Source: Vulcanimicrobiota bacterium
GTDB lineage: Bacteria > Vulcanimicrobiota > Vulcanimicrobiia > Vulcanimicrobiales > Vulcanimicrobiaceae
NCBI GenBank assembly: GCA_963833095.1
Contig: CAWHWQ010000001.1
Span: 224,001 to 288,000 of the forward strand
Direction: 5' to 3'
DNA length: 64,000 nucleotides
Shown: piece by piece, positions 9,899 through 19,800 of the stretch
Numbering within the stretch: position 1 is the first letter of the stretch
Layout: each line of letters opens with the position of its first letter
Notes under the pieces: model-generated
Seen by the model: only the letters and a program-made list of their open reading frames with translations
Database searches by the model: none
Told to the model about the DNA's origin: nothing
Made by a program: the position numbers and the translations under genes

Positions 9899-11480
9899 CG
9901 AGCGAGATCCAGTACTCCGCGTTCTTCATGCCGCCATAATAGTATTCCACATCGGTATTCGCGTAGACCGCACTGAGCTCTTCGCTCAGACGTTGCGCAT
10001 CCTTCTCTCGCTGAGCGCCGCCATAGTACAGCGTGACCAGGCCTCCCTCGACGGCCCCCATCTCGCGCAGCGCCTCGATCGCCGTCTCACCAAGGGTCGG
10101 CGCAGCCACCAAGCTTCCATTGAGGCTCGCCGCTGGCTTTCCTCGCTCCACGCTGACCCCGCCGACGGTCGAATCCTTTCCGGCAAGGAAGAGCTGCGCG
10201 CTGCGCGCGCCTCGAGCGGCGGTCATAATCGCATCGTCGCTAGGAACGGCTTCGCCTGCCGAACGAATCGCAAAAAGTCCCGCGATACCCTCGACGATGT
10301 CCGCGGTCGGCATGACATGCATGCGCTTATCGGTCATTGCACCAAGCTCTTTGGCCGCCAGCGCCACATTCTTGTCGTTGACGAAAAGATAGACGTCGCT
10401 GCCCAGAGTCTTGTTGACCGCCAGCAGTAGGTCGCGCACACTCGGATTGCGTTCGCCGTTGATTGTGACTTCCGCGCCGAGCTCACGCGCAATCCGCTCG
10501 AAGCCGGGCCCCGGGACGATGGCGACAATCGAGTGTGACACGCTCGGCGGTTCAACGACCAGCAACTGATGCTGGCGTTCCATGTTATCGACTTTCACCC
10601 GTGTTAGCCGCCCGTGCCGTCCCGCAATGTCCTGGACGCGATCCGGATTGTCCGTGTGGATATGGACTTTGATCGTCGGCGGTGCGCCGATCACCAATAA
10701 CGACTCGCCGCGAGGTTCGAGCAGATGACGCAGATCGTGCGCGGTGACGGTAGCGTCTTGAAGGAGAAACTCGGTGCAGAATTTGTTTTCGCCGACCGTT
10801 TGCGCCGGCGTAAAGACGCTTTGACGCACCGGACGCCGCGGAAATGCCGTCGTGCGCGAGCGCGACTCGGGAAGAAAGCGCAGGATGCCTTCAATAAAAT
10901 AGACGAAGCCCGCGCCGCCCGAATCCACCACCTGCGCGTCTTTTAGCACCGGGAGCTGGTCTGGGGTGCGGTCGAGCGCCTCATTTGCTGCGCGAACGAT
11001 GCCGCCGCCGAGACGATAAAAGTCGCGCTCGTGCAATGCAAGCTTATAAGCCGCTTCCGCCGCTGCCTCGGCAACCGAGAGAATCGTCCCCTCAACTGGG
11101 CGCAGGAGTGCCTGCCGCGCCGCTGCGGCCGCTTCACGCATTGCCGTCGCGAGCACGAAGGTGTCGATCTCGCTGCGGTTGCGGACGTGATGGGCGAAGC
11201 CGCGCAGCATCTGGGAGATGATCACACCCGAGTTGCCGCGTGCGCCCATGAGGCTGCCTTGGGCCGCGGCGGCGGCGACCTCAGCGATATTGGTCGTATG
11301 GAGCTTGCCGGCTTCCAGCATGGCGGAGCGGACCGTCAGGTACATGTTCGTGCCGGTGTCCCCGTCGGGGACCGGGAACACGTTGAGGTCGTTGAGGACC
11401 CCTCGGTACTTCCGTAGGAAGTAGGTCCCGGCCGCGAGGAACTTGGCGTAGCCGCGGCCATCGAGGCTGGTGATGTCCAC
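9891..11480 (-). CDS. DAK2 domain fatty acid kinase subunit (FakA/YloV-like)
   Basis: [54 protein letters not shown]. Confidence 0.95.
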   Translation of the reverse strand: MDITSLDGRGYAKFLAAGTYFLRKYRGVLNDLNVFPVPDGDTGTNMYLTVRSAMLEAGKLHTTNIAEVAAAAAQGSLMGARGNSGVIISQMLRGFAHHVRNRSEIDTFVLATAMREAAAAARQALLRPVEGTILSVAEAAAEAAYKLALHERDFYRLGGGIVRAANEALDRTPDQLPVLKDAQVVDSGGAGFVYFIEGILRFLPESRSRTTAFPRRPVRQSVFTPAQTVGENKFCTEFLLQDATVTAHDLRHLLEPRGESLLVIGAPPTIKVHIHTDNPDRVQDIAGRHGRLTRVKVDNMERQHQLLVVEPPSVSHSIVAIVPGPGFERIARELGAEVTINGERNPSVRDLLLAVNKTLGSDVYLFVNDKNVALAAKELGAMTDKRMHVMPTADIVEGIAGLFAIRSAGEAVPSDDAIMTAARGARSAQLFLAGKDSTVGGVSVERGKPAASLNGSLVAAPTLGETAIEALREMGAVEGGLVTLYYGGAQREKDAQRLSEELSAVYANTDVEYYYGGMKNAEYWISLDE

Positions 11481-11516
11481 GGAGGAGCCGTCTGCGAGCC
11501 CCCGGCGCCGGAATCC

Positions 11517-11545
11517 TTGTCAAGGCCCAGGGGCCATGGTATCAT
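11517..11545 (+). promoter_or_regulatory. Sigma70-type promoter of rpmB
   Basis: TTGTCA-17 bp-TATCAT with a TG extension. Confidence 0.7.
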
Positions 11546-11580
11546 CCGTAAGTTCGTGCCCAGGAAAGGACCCGACCCCG

Positions 11581-11772
11581 ATGGCGAAACGCTGCGACGT
11601 GTGCTCCAAAGGCCCGATGACGGGCAACAATGTGAGCCACGCAATGAACAAAACCCGACGCCGCTGGCTGCCCAATTTGCAGTCGGTGAAGGTTAATATT
11701 GGCGGCACCCATCGGACAGCCCGCGTGTGCGCGAAGTGCCTGCGTTCGAAGAAAGTCACTCGCGCCGTCTAA
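11581..11772 (+). CDS. rpmB: 50S ribosomal protein L28 (Zn-ribbon type)
   Basis: [34 protein letters not shown]...[16 protein letters not shown]; divergent from DAK2 as in Bacillota. Confidence 0.97.
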   Translation: MAKRCDVCSKGPMTGNNVSHAMNKTRRRWLPNLQSVKVNIGGTHRTARVCAKCLRSKKVTRAV

Positions 11773-11814
11773 GGTCAGAAGAGCCCTGTGGGGCTCTCCC
11801 TCGAAAACCATTCG

Positions 11815-11846
11815 AAACGCCGCTTCCATGCGGCGTTTTTATTTTT
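11815..11846 (+). terminator. Intrinsic terminator of rpmB
   Basis: AAACGCCGC-ttccat-GCGGCGTTT followed by TTATTTTT. Confidence 0.8.
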
Positions 11847-11946
11847 GTCATCCCGAGCGTAGTGAGCAAGGCGAACGAAGTCGAGGGATCGGCACTACCT
11901 TTGAGGTGCTTCCCTCGACTGCGCTTCGCTACGCTCGGGATGACAA
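11845..11946. repeat. ~100-bp palindromic REP/MITE-like element (TGTCATCCCGAGCG type)
   Basis: Perfect 18-bp terminal IR TTGTCATCCCGAGCGTAG/CTACGCTCGGGATGACAA; internal IR AGTCGAGGGA (11879-11888)/TCCCTCGACT (11911-11920). Confidence 0.85.
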
Positions 11947-11950
11947 GTTG

Positions 11951-12379
11951 CTAATCAGCTGTCGCTCGTTCGAAGGACGCGAGATCCTGGAGTAATTTGG
12001 TTATCGCCTGCGGTTCGAGGGTGACCAAGTATTCGAGACGTACGTGCGAAGCCTCGATGCTCTTTAAACCTACGGCGCAAAGAACTGGTCCGCGCCGGCT
12101 GGGTGCGAACGACAGATCGAAGAGGCCGCCGGCGAACGAAAAATTTCCGGCGGGGCCGTTGCCTGAGTTGATTTGCGCGAGGTAGCTGCCCAGCGAGCGG
12201 AGTTCGTCCACGCGAATTGAGACCGGAAAGGTTGCGTCGACCGGCGGCGCGACTGCGTGAACAAAACAGTCGAGCAGATCCATGCCCTCTGGTTCAGCCA
12301 CTTCGGGGTGCACGTAACCAGCGATCTGAATCGCGACGTGCGGATCGCCCTCGCCGATCCGAATCGTGTGCGAGGTCAT
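11951..12379 (-). CDS. Hypothetical protein, possibly a WapI-like immunity fold
   Basis: 142-aa ORF coupled to the upstream kinase by ATGA overlap; family resemblance judged by eye only. Confidence 0.6.
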   Translation of the reverse strand: MTSHTIRIGEGDPHVAIQIAGYVHPEVAEPEGMDLLDCFVHAVAPPVDATFPVSIRVDELRSLGSYLAQINSGNGPAGNFSFAGGLFDLSFAPSRRGPVLCAVGLKSIEASHVRLEYLVTLEPQAITKLLQDLASFERATAD

Positions 12380-13329
12380 CCGTAGATAATTTTGTGTTTG
12401 GGCGGCGCGAATTTTAGACGCGGCCCGTCGGCGGCAGTCGCCTTGAGCATTTCGCTCTCGACGTTCGAACGTTCGCAGAAACGCATCGTGCGATCGTCGT
12501 CAACCTGATACCCGAGCGGATTCCATTTTGCGAGCGCTGCGATGGGATCGACGCTTGCCCCAGCATAGTTGGTCGTGTTCGCTACGGCGCGCGAGGCGAG
12601 CGCCGTGCTGAGCAACGTCGCTGCAAACGGCGATCCGCCCAGCGCCATGAACGCAGCGACCGATGCGGCGAACACGTCGCCTGCGCCGTGTGCCTGATAG
12701 CGAGGGAAGTACGGCCCATTGATGCGATGGTACGAATAGCCGTTCGAAAAGAGGCTGGTGGTGCGGTGCTTCTCCGGGTCGCGCGAGAACGACGTAATGA
12801 TCACCGCTTGCGGCCCTAGATCGAAGATCCCGTTGAGATAGGCGTGCTCGGTTAGCGTACGGTCGCCGGTTCCGAGCAAGACCTCGGCCTCGAAGCGATT
12901 CGGCGTGACCACCTGCGCCATCGGCACGAGCATGTCGCGAATTGCGCGCGCGGTCTCTTCGGAAACGAAGAGGCCCTTCTTGTATTCGCCGATGACCGGA
13001 TCGAGAAGCACGACGCCTTTAAAGTCGTGGAGCGCCGAGGCGACGACGTCGACGTGCATGGGCTTGGGCAAAAACCCGATGTGCAGAATTGCGGGGCGCG
13101 CGCGAACGACGAAATCGACGTCACGGCGGAACTGATTCACATCGGCAAGCGTCGTGGTTCGCCCGCTTACGCCGCTAGGAGCGCTAGCGAACTGGGATTG
13201 TGCGTGAACCAGCCGGGCCCCAAGAGCGTTTGCAATCGCGAACGCCGCCTGGTTGCCCAAAAAGCCCATTCCGACGCTGTTCTGAATGCTGCCGATGAGC
13301 GGAAACGATTGAACGTCGTCTTCGAACAA
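12376..13329 (-). CDS. PdxK/ThiD-like ribokinase-family kinase (pyridoxal kinase-like)
   Basis: SIQNSVGMGFLGNQAA, LLDPVIG, VVTPNRFEA, HGAGDVFAA. Confidence 0.85.
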   Translation of the reverse strand: MFEDDVQSFPLIGSIQNSVGMGFLGNQAAFAIANALGARLVHAQSQFASAPSGVSGRTTTLADVNQFRRDVDFVVRARPAILHIGFLPKPMHVDVVASALHDFKGVVLLDPVIGEYKKGLFVSEETARAIRDMLVPMAQVVTPNRFEAEVLLGTGDRTLTEHAYLNGIFDLGPQAVIITSFSRDPEKHRTTSLFSNGYSYHRINGPYFPRYQAHGAGDVFAASVAAFMALGGSPFAATLLSTALASRAVANTTNYAGASVDPIAALAKWNPLGYQVDDDRTMRFCERSNVESEMLKATAADGPRLKFAPPKHKIIYG

Positions 13330-13340
13330 AGTTGCGTTCC

Positions 13341-14318
13341 CTATTGCGAAAAGTGATCCCAGCCGGTGCGCGCAATCGGCTCTTCTCGCCCTTGGTTCAC
13401 CATGACGACGCGCTCGTCCGCCCTGACCGTGCCCAGACGTTCGAGCGGTCGCCCAAACCGTACGTTAAAGCGCCGAGCCAGATGCGCAAAGGCGCGCGCC
13501 TCGATCGCGAGGAGCAGCTCGAAGTCCTCGCCGCCTGCCAGCGCATAGGCCATCGGATTCATGCCGAGCGCAGGCGCAGCCGCGGCCGCCGCATCGGCGA
13601 CCGGCACGCGCTCGATCGACGCGCCGACCCCACTTGCTCGCGCCATGCGCGCGAGGTCGGTTGAAAGACCATCGGAACAATCCATCATCGCGTGTACGTG
13701 CGCGCTGGCGCCGAGCCAACGGCCTTCGGCGACGCGCGGCTGCGGCGCCCGGTGCGCCGCTAACGCGGCCGCGGCCAGCGTAGCCTCCAGCTGCACGGCG
13801 CCTTGCAACAGGTCGAGCCCGGCACGGCTTGCGCCAAGCGCACCCGTGGTCGCAATGACGTCGCCGGGACGCGCGCCGCCGCGCGTCTTGAGGTTGCTTG
13901 GGCGCACTTCGCCGACAACGGTGATCGCGATCGTTAGCACGGGCGCGCGCACCAGATCGCCGCCGGCGATCTGCAAACCGAAGGCCTGCGCACAGCGCGC
14001 CATGCCGCCGTAACACTCTAGCAGTGCTTGCGATGTCCATTCCGGCGGAACGCCCAGTGCGACGGTTCCCAGGCGCGGACGCGCCGCCATTGCGGCAAGA
14101 TCGCTTAAGTTGGCTGCCATCGCGCGCCAACCGATATCGTCCGGCGACATCCAGGCACGTGAAAAATGGACACCTTCGATCAATGCATCAGTCGAAATAA
14201 CGCTGCGCTGCGAACGCGAGGGTTGCCACACGGCCGCATCGTCGCCGATCCCGATCAGCACCCGCGACGTGCCTGCCGTGAGCGCGGCGATGGCCGTTAC
14301 GAGCTCGTCTTCATTCAC
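13341..14318 (-). CDS. thiL: Thiamine-phosphate kinase
   Basis: GIGDDAAV, TDALIEGVHF, NLSDLAAM, GGD, MDCSDGL, GGEDFELL, GWDHF; GTG start 14318. Confidence 0.95.
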   Translation of the reverse strand: MNEDELVTAIAALTAGTSRVLIGIGDDAAVWQPSRSQRSVISTDALIEGVHFSRAWMSPDDIGWRAMAANLSDLAAMAARPRLGTVALGVPPEWTSQALLECYGGMARCAQAFGLQIAGGDLVRAPVLTIAITVVGEVRPSNLKTRGGARPGDVIATTGALGASRAGLDLLQGAVQLEATLAAAALAAHRAPQPRVAEGRWLGASAHVHAMMDCSDGLSTDLARMARASGVGASIERVPVADAAAAAAPALGMNPMAYALAGGEDFELLLAIEARAFAHLARRFNVRFGRPLERLGTVRADERVVMVNQGREEPIARTGWDHFSQ

Positions 14319-14973
14319 TAGCAAGACGGCGCATGACGCGCACGGTCGCGGCCGGATCGGTGGTGCCAAAGATACTCGAGCCCATGACAATGGCTGCGGC
14401 ACCGGCGTCCACGACGCGGCGAACGTTCTCGGTCCCGATGCCACCGTCAACTTCGAGAATACATTGCGGATTGCGCGCGTCGATCAACGCCCGCGCTTCA
14501 CGCAACTTCTCGAGCGAGCGCGGGATGAAGCGTTGGCCGCCAAACCCCGGGTTCACGCTCATGATCAGCACCAGATCGCAATCGTCGATGATGTCTTGCA
14601 GCATCGCAACGGGGGTCTGCGGGCAGATCGAGATCCCCGCTTTGGCGCCCAGCGAGCGAATATGCGACAGCAGCCGCTGGGCGTGCGGCGTCGCCTCGTA
14701 ATGAAACGTAATGATGTCGGCGCCGGCTGCGCGGAACTCGTCCACGTAGCGCTCGGGTTCGACGATCATCAGATGGGCGTCGAAGGTCAATTTTGAAAGC
14801 TTGCGCAGATCGCCGATGATCTTGGGACCCCAGGTGATGTTGGGCACAAACCTGCCATCCATCACGTCGAGGTGAAGAAAATCAGCGCCGCCCGCCTCAA
14901 CCGCAGCGATTTGGTCGGCGATGTGCGCAAAATCCGCCGAAAGCAGCGACGGCGCGATAATTACCGGCATCAC
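14311..14973 (-). CDS. rpe: Ribulose-phosphate 3-epimerase
   Basis: IAPSLLSADF, HLDVMDGRFVPN, DAHLM, MSVNPGFGGQ, EVDGG. Confidence 0.97.
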   Translation of the reverse strand: MMPVIIAPSLLSADFAHIADQIAAVEAGGADFLHLDVMDGRFVPNITWGPKIIGDLRKLSKLTFDAHLMIVEPERYVDEFRAAGADIITFHYEATPHAQRLLSHIRSLGAKAGISICPQTPVAMLQDIIDDCDLVLIMSVNPGFGGQRFIPRSLEKLREARALIDARNPQCILEVDGGIGTENVRRVVDAGAAAIVMGSSIFGTTDPAATVRVMRRLASE

Positions 14974-16037
14974 GGGCCTCCAGGCGAGGGAGAGGGCGTC
15001 GGTTTCTCGTCGTAGATCGCAGCGGGTTCGTCACCCAGTCGCGTCTCGCCCACCAGCGTGTTGTCGACGAAGAGATCGACGACCGACGTGCCGACTGCCG
15101 TAACGGTGAAGTCGAGCTTCTGTCCGGGTTGCGCAAAGGCACGGTACGCTTCGTACTCGCCGGTTGCGTCACGCACGCGCAACACGACCGTGACTGACTG
15201 ATCGGCCTGCGCGTCACCGCTAATCGGAATCGACGCCAGCACGTGGACCTGCCGGATGATATAGCCGGACTCGTTCGGTCCGGCGCTGACTTGCAGAGAG
15301 ACCGGCTCGTACGACGAGATCTTGGTATTCGGCGCAATCGACTGGCGTGCGACGAGACCATGCTTGGGGCCGTTCTTGCCCATAGGCGTCCAGACGATTT
15401 GGCCGAGCTTCACTCCGTCCTTGCTTGCGAGATTGCGCGCGTCGTCGATCATCAAGCCGGTAAACGTGGGGACGTGCACGATCTGCGCACCGCCTTTGCT
15501 GAGCACGAGGTTCACGCTTTCGCCATCGGTGACGTTGGTCAGCGGCGCAGGATCTTGCTCGATGACATGTCCGCCGGGAACCACGTCGTTCTTGACCGAC
15601 GTGACGTGTCCGAGAACGAGCCGCGAGCGCGAGAGGTCCAACTGCACTTCGCGCATCGACTGGTAGCGAAGATCGGGCATTACCCGCGTCACGATGCCGT
15701 CACTGATCACGAAGTCCACTTGGCGTCCCGCGCGCACAGTCGTTCCCGCATCCGGCCGCTGGCTCATCACGACGCCCTTGGGGTAACGATCGCTGGTCGC
15801 ATGGTCGATGACCTGCGCCGCGAGATGCATCTGTTGCGCTGCGGCACTTGCATCAGTCGCGGATTGACCGACGAATGACGGAACGGTAATCGTATCAGCC
15901 GGCGGGAGCAAGAATTCATAGATTTGGTGTCCGAACCACACGAGGACGGCCACGAACGCAGCGAGCACAATTGGAAAGATCCAATCGCGCGGGACGTATT
16001 GATGAACGAGGTCCTGCCAGTTGCGCGTCCTGTTCAG
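14970..16037 (-). CDS. Membrane-anchored PASTA-repeat protein without a kinase domain
   Basis: One TM helix, three PASTA repeats (VPSFVGQS, MPDLRYQS, VPTFTGLM) and a C-terminal beta domain; frame open from CTG 16037 (GGAGG 7 nt upstream); alternative GTG start 15968. Confidence 0.85.
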   Translation of the reverse strand: MNRTRNWQDLVHQYVPRDWIFPIVLAAFVAVLVWFGHQIYEFLLPPADTITVPSFVGQSATDASAAAQQMHLAAQVIDHATSDRYPKGVVMSQRPDAGTTVRAGRQVDFVISDGIVTRVMPDLRYQSMREVQLDLSRSRLVLGHVTSVKNDVVPGGHVIEQDPAPLTNVTDGESVNLVLSKGGAQIVHVPTFTGLMIDDARNLASKDGVKLGQIVWTPMGKNGPKHGLVARQSIAPNTKISSYEPVSLQVSAGPNESGYIIRQVHVLASIPISGDAQADQSVTVVLRVRDATGEYEAYRAFAQPGQKLDFTVTAVGTSVVDLFVDNTLVGETRLGDEPAAIYDEKPTPSPSPGGP

Positions 16038-16768
16038 GTGAGCGCCTCCAGCGCTGCCTCACTCACGTCGAGATTGCTGAAGACGTGCTGCACGTCTTCG
16101 TGCTCTTCGAGCACGTCGAGAAAGGCGAGCGCGGCAGCGAGCTCGCTTCCCTCGGGAGCGACGGTCTGTTTGGCCCGAACGCCGAGATACACGTCGGCCA
16201 CTTTGAGCGCGCCGCGCAGCGCGTCGCGCGCGGCGGCAAGTTGCGTCGGCGCCGTATAGATGTAGGCGCGCGTCAGCGTGTAGTCGACGTCGATGACTCC
16301 GTCGACCAGCGCTGACTCGGTCAGCGCGTCTTCGGAGGCGCCTTGCGGGTCAACTTCAATGACGCCGACCGCGTCGAACATCCAGCCGACAGAACCGGTT
16401 TCGCCGAGTTGGCCCCCGTACTTGGTAAACATGAAACGGAATTCGCCCGCGGTGCGGTTGCGATTATCGGTGGCTGCATCGACCACGACCGCGAGCCCCG
16501 CGGGACCGTAGCCTTCGTAGCGGATCTCCTCGATCTCTTTTTCGCCCGTTCCGCCCGCGCGCGCGATCGCGCGTTTGACGTTGTCGGAGGGCATGTTGTG
16601 CTCGCGCGCTTTTTCAACTGCGATCTTCAAGCGATGGTTGGATTCGGGATCCGGCGATCCCGATTTCGCCGAGAGCGTAATCTCGCGGCTAAGGCGGGTA
16701 AAGAGCGCACCGCGCTGCGAGTCGGTCTTGCCCTTATCCAGCTTGATATTTTGCCACTTACGACCCAT
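16034..16768 (-). CDS. yebC: YebC/PmpR family protein
   Basis: KWQNIK, YEGYGPAG, TDNRNRT, GSVGWMF, DVQHVFSN. Confidence 0.95.
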   Translation of the reverse strand: MGRKWQNIKLDKGKTDSQRGALFTRLSREITLSAKSGSPDPESNHRLKIAVEKAREHNMPSDNVKRAIARAGGTGEKEIEEIRYEGYGPAGLAVVVDAATDNRNRTAGEFRFMFTKYGGQLGETGSVGWMFDAVGVIEVDPQGASEDALTESALVDGVIDVDYTLTRAYIYTAPTQLAAARDALRGALKVADVYLGVRAKQTVAPEGSELAAALAFLDVLEEHEDVQHVFSNLDVSEAALEALT

Positions 16769-16863
16769 AGCTAGCCTCTAACATGTATTCTCTTACTTCC
16801 CATGGATAGGATCGATTTCTTTCAGGCTTAGGCATGGAGGGCCGAAGTGCGGAAGAAATCGGA

Positions 16864-19800
16864 CTACCCTGGTCCCACGATCCAGGTGGGAAACCACATG
16901 CGCAGGTGCCACTGATCCCACGAGATCGGGACGGCTGCGAGAATCGGATAGAAAAACACGAACGACGCCGCGATAAGGACGACGACCGCGGCGATTCCCC
17001 CGATTGCCCAGCGGCGCTTGACTTCACCCTTGTCTGCAAAGTGCAGCCATAGCTGTTGAAGTACGATCGCATTGCACAAACAGATCAACGGTATATCGAC
17101 GTAAAAATGATAGGCGAAGGTGATGCGCGGGGACTTCATCCACGGAAGCCATTGCAAGAGGTAGGTCAGTACGATCAGCGCGTAAGCTTTGTTCTTGCGA
17201 AGCCACGCGAGCACGCCCACGATCGGCACCGCGATCAGCCCGAACCACATGATCAACGGGTTGGGCATTGAGGTGATCTCCTCAACGCAACAACCCTTGG
17301 GGTCCTTCATGTCCTTGCGGTGATCCTGATAGTAGTAGGCGATCGGAACGTAGTCGAGCGGCCACTCCCACCACTTCGAGGAATACGGGTGCGTCGCTAC
17401 CAGTTTGTCGTGATACTCGAACATCGAGTATTGGCGGTAAACCACGTCGTTGAAGTTGTGCACTTCGTTGGGGTCGGGCGACTGCCGAACCAGATCGGGC
17501 ACCCACACCAGCGCATAGACGGTCGCGCTGATAAAAAGAATCGTGGCGAGCGCACCGTCGAGACGGAAGCCGCGCGGATTGCCCCACAGCGCCGGACGGC
17601 GCGCGAAAAACACGCGCTGCAGCCAGATGAGAATCAACACCACGAAGCTCACGCCGAAGCCCATGACGCCGTACCATTTTGAACTGACCAGTAAACCGAG
17701 CGCTATGGTGAAGACGATTAGCCACAGATTTGCGGACGAACCTCGCTCGCGCGCCTGTCCCGCGCGAATTTCATTTTGCGCATACGTCGCGTCGGCCAGC
17801 GGCGTTTCATATGTTTCGCTCGGCTCAGCGCGATACGTGATCGTGAAGTCGTCACCCGGATAGACTAGCGCGCCGGAACGATTCTGCGACCGGTCGCCGG
17901 CGGTGATCCGCGCCTTTCCGCCCGTGCCTTCGATGACACCGCCGTCGGGCGCGTAGAGCGAATGGCTCGATCCCTCGACGAGCGCGAAAGCGCCGTCGGG
18001 AAACGTGAATTCTTGCGCGCCGTCGGCGAACCATCTGCGGAAGAACCGGTAACGTAGTAAGAGATAGACGCCCAGAGCAACGTAAAGAACGACGATGATA
18101 CTCGATGCCAGATCGAGCGTCATCGGCGGGTGAACGAAAGACCTCCACACGAGATCCCATATCCCAACGACGATCGCGCCGGCAACCAGCGAAATCCCGA
18201 CGCCCACGCCGAACGCGAACGGCGGAACCACGGTGTGAGCACGCGACTCGACTTGCGATGCGATCCAGAAGCGATAGAACGCGTAGACCGCACCTAGCGA
18301 AAAGACGATCACAAAGCCTTCGGGCGTGCCGATCCGCGACTGGACGAAGTGCATCCCATCGCAGATCAAGAAAAATGATGCAATCGCGGCAAAAATCGTC
18401 GAACCGGTCACACGCTTGGCAAAAACATAGAGCAGCATGATCACGATCGCGCCGAACACCACGTCGAGGAAGCGCCAGCCCCACGAGTTGTCGCCGTGGC
18501 CGAGACCGCCGAATAGCAGCACCGAGAGCGTGACCAGCAGCTTTGAGAGTGGCGGATGCGTATTCTCGTAAATACGCATGTTCTTGAGGTATTCTTCGGC
18601 CGCACGCGCAAAGTAGATCTCGTCGAAGATCTTGTCCGCCGGATACCAATAGCGGACGAACGAGAGCACGAAGCTGACTACACCAAGCGCGCTCATCGCG
18701 ATGTAGTCGACCGCGCTCATCACTGACAGGCCTTCACGCGGGTCGTAATAGTCACGGGCCCGCTGCTTGGCCTTTTCTTCCGTTTCTGCGGCTTTGGGCT
18801 TGCTGGCGGGAGCGTCTGCGGTCTCGGGTGCCGAGCCGAGATACGCATAACCCAGGGCAAAGAACGTGCCCACCGCGATGAGCGCGTAGAACGAGGTTAG
18901 CGGTCCCCACAAGTTGACCGAATTGACGCCGGGCGTTTGATTCGTCACCACCGTGAGGTACTGCAATGAATAGATGAGGTTTGCAAAGAGCACGACGGAA
19001 AGCGCGAGCGAGCCCCAAAGATAGCGTCGCGCGATCGGTATGCAGGCGATGCAGAAAAGCAGCGCATCGAAGCTGTAACGCTCGTGCATACGGGTCGAGA
19101 GAATGAAGAACCCCAGCAGCGCGATCGTGCACGACTCGAGCAGCGCCGCGGCGGTCCGCTCTTGCAAGTACCGCCAGACCACCAGCGCGAGCGCCGCAAC
19201 GACGAGGGCAATGCCCCACACGTACTGCGGTAGCTGGAATCCCCAACCGATCAGCGCGCTGTCCTTTTGCCAAAAGGGACCCTTGATCGCCCACAGATTG
19301 AACGCGTTGACGGTGTTATATGCGTAAACGTTTGAGCCGAACTCATACCGCTGCAGCAGCCATTGCAATGCATCGACCGGATTGGCCGTCGGATGGAACG
19401 GCAGCACCAGCGCAATCGCAAAAACAAATGCGGCTACGATGCCGATTCCGGTTGACGTTAGCCGTTCGCGCAGACGCGCACGATCGGCAAAGGCGAATGC
19501 GATGAAGAGGGCGATGAGGACCGCCGCCTGCGGCTTAATCAGCAGCGAGTAGGCCAGGCTCACCCATGCCGCCGGAATCAGCCATGAGATCGGCTGAGCG
19601 GCTGCGTCCTCACTCTTTAAAAGAAGGTAGACACCGAGAAGGGCAAAGCCGCCGGCCACGCAGTCGACTTGCCCCCAGTCCGCCGAGATCATGATCGTCG
19701 CCGGATTGAGCACGTAGACGGCAGCCGCTCCGAGCGCGAGCGCGGGTGCCGCGAAGCGCCGGCCTAACGCATAGATCAATGCGCCGACGCCGAGGTCTGC

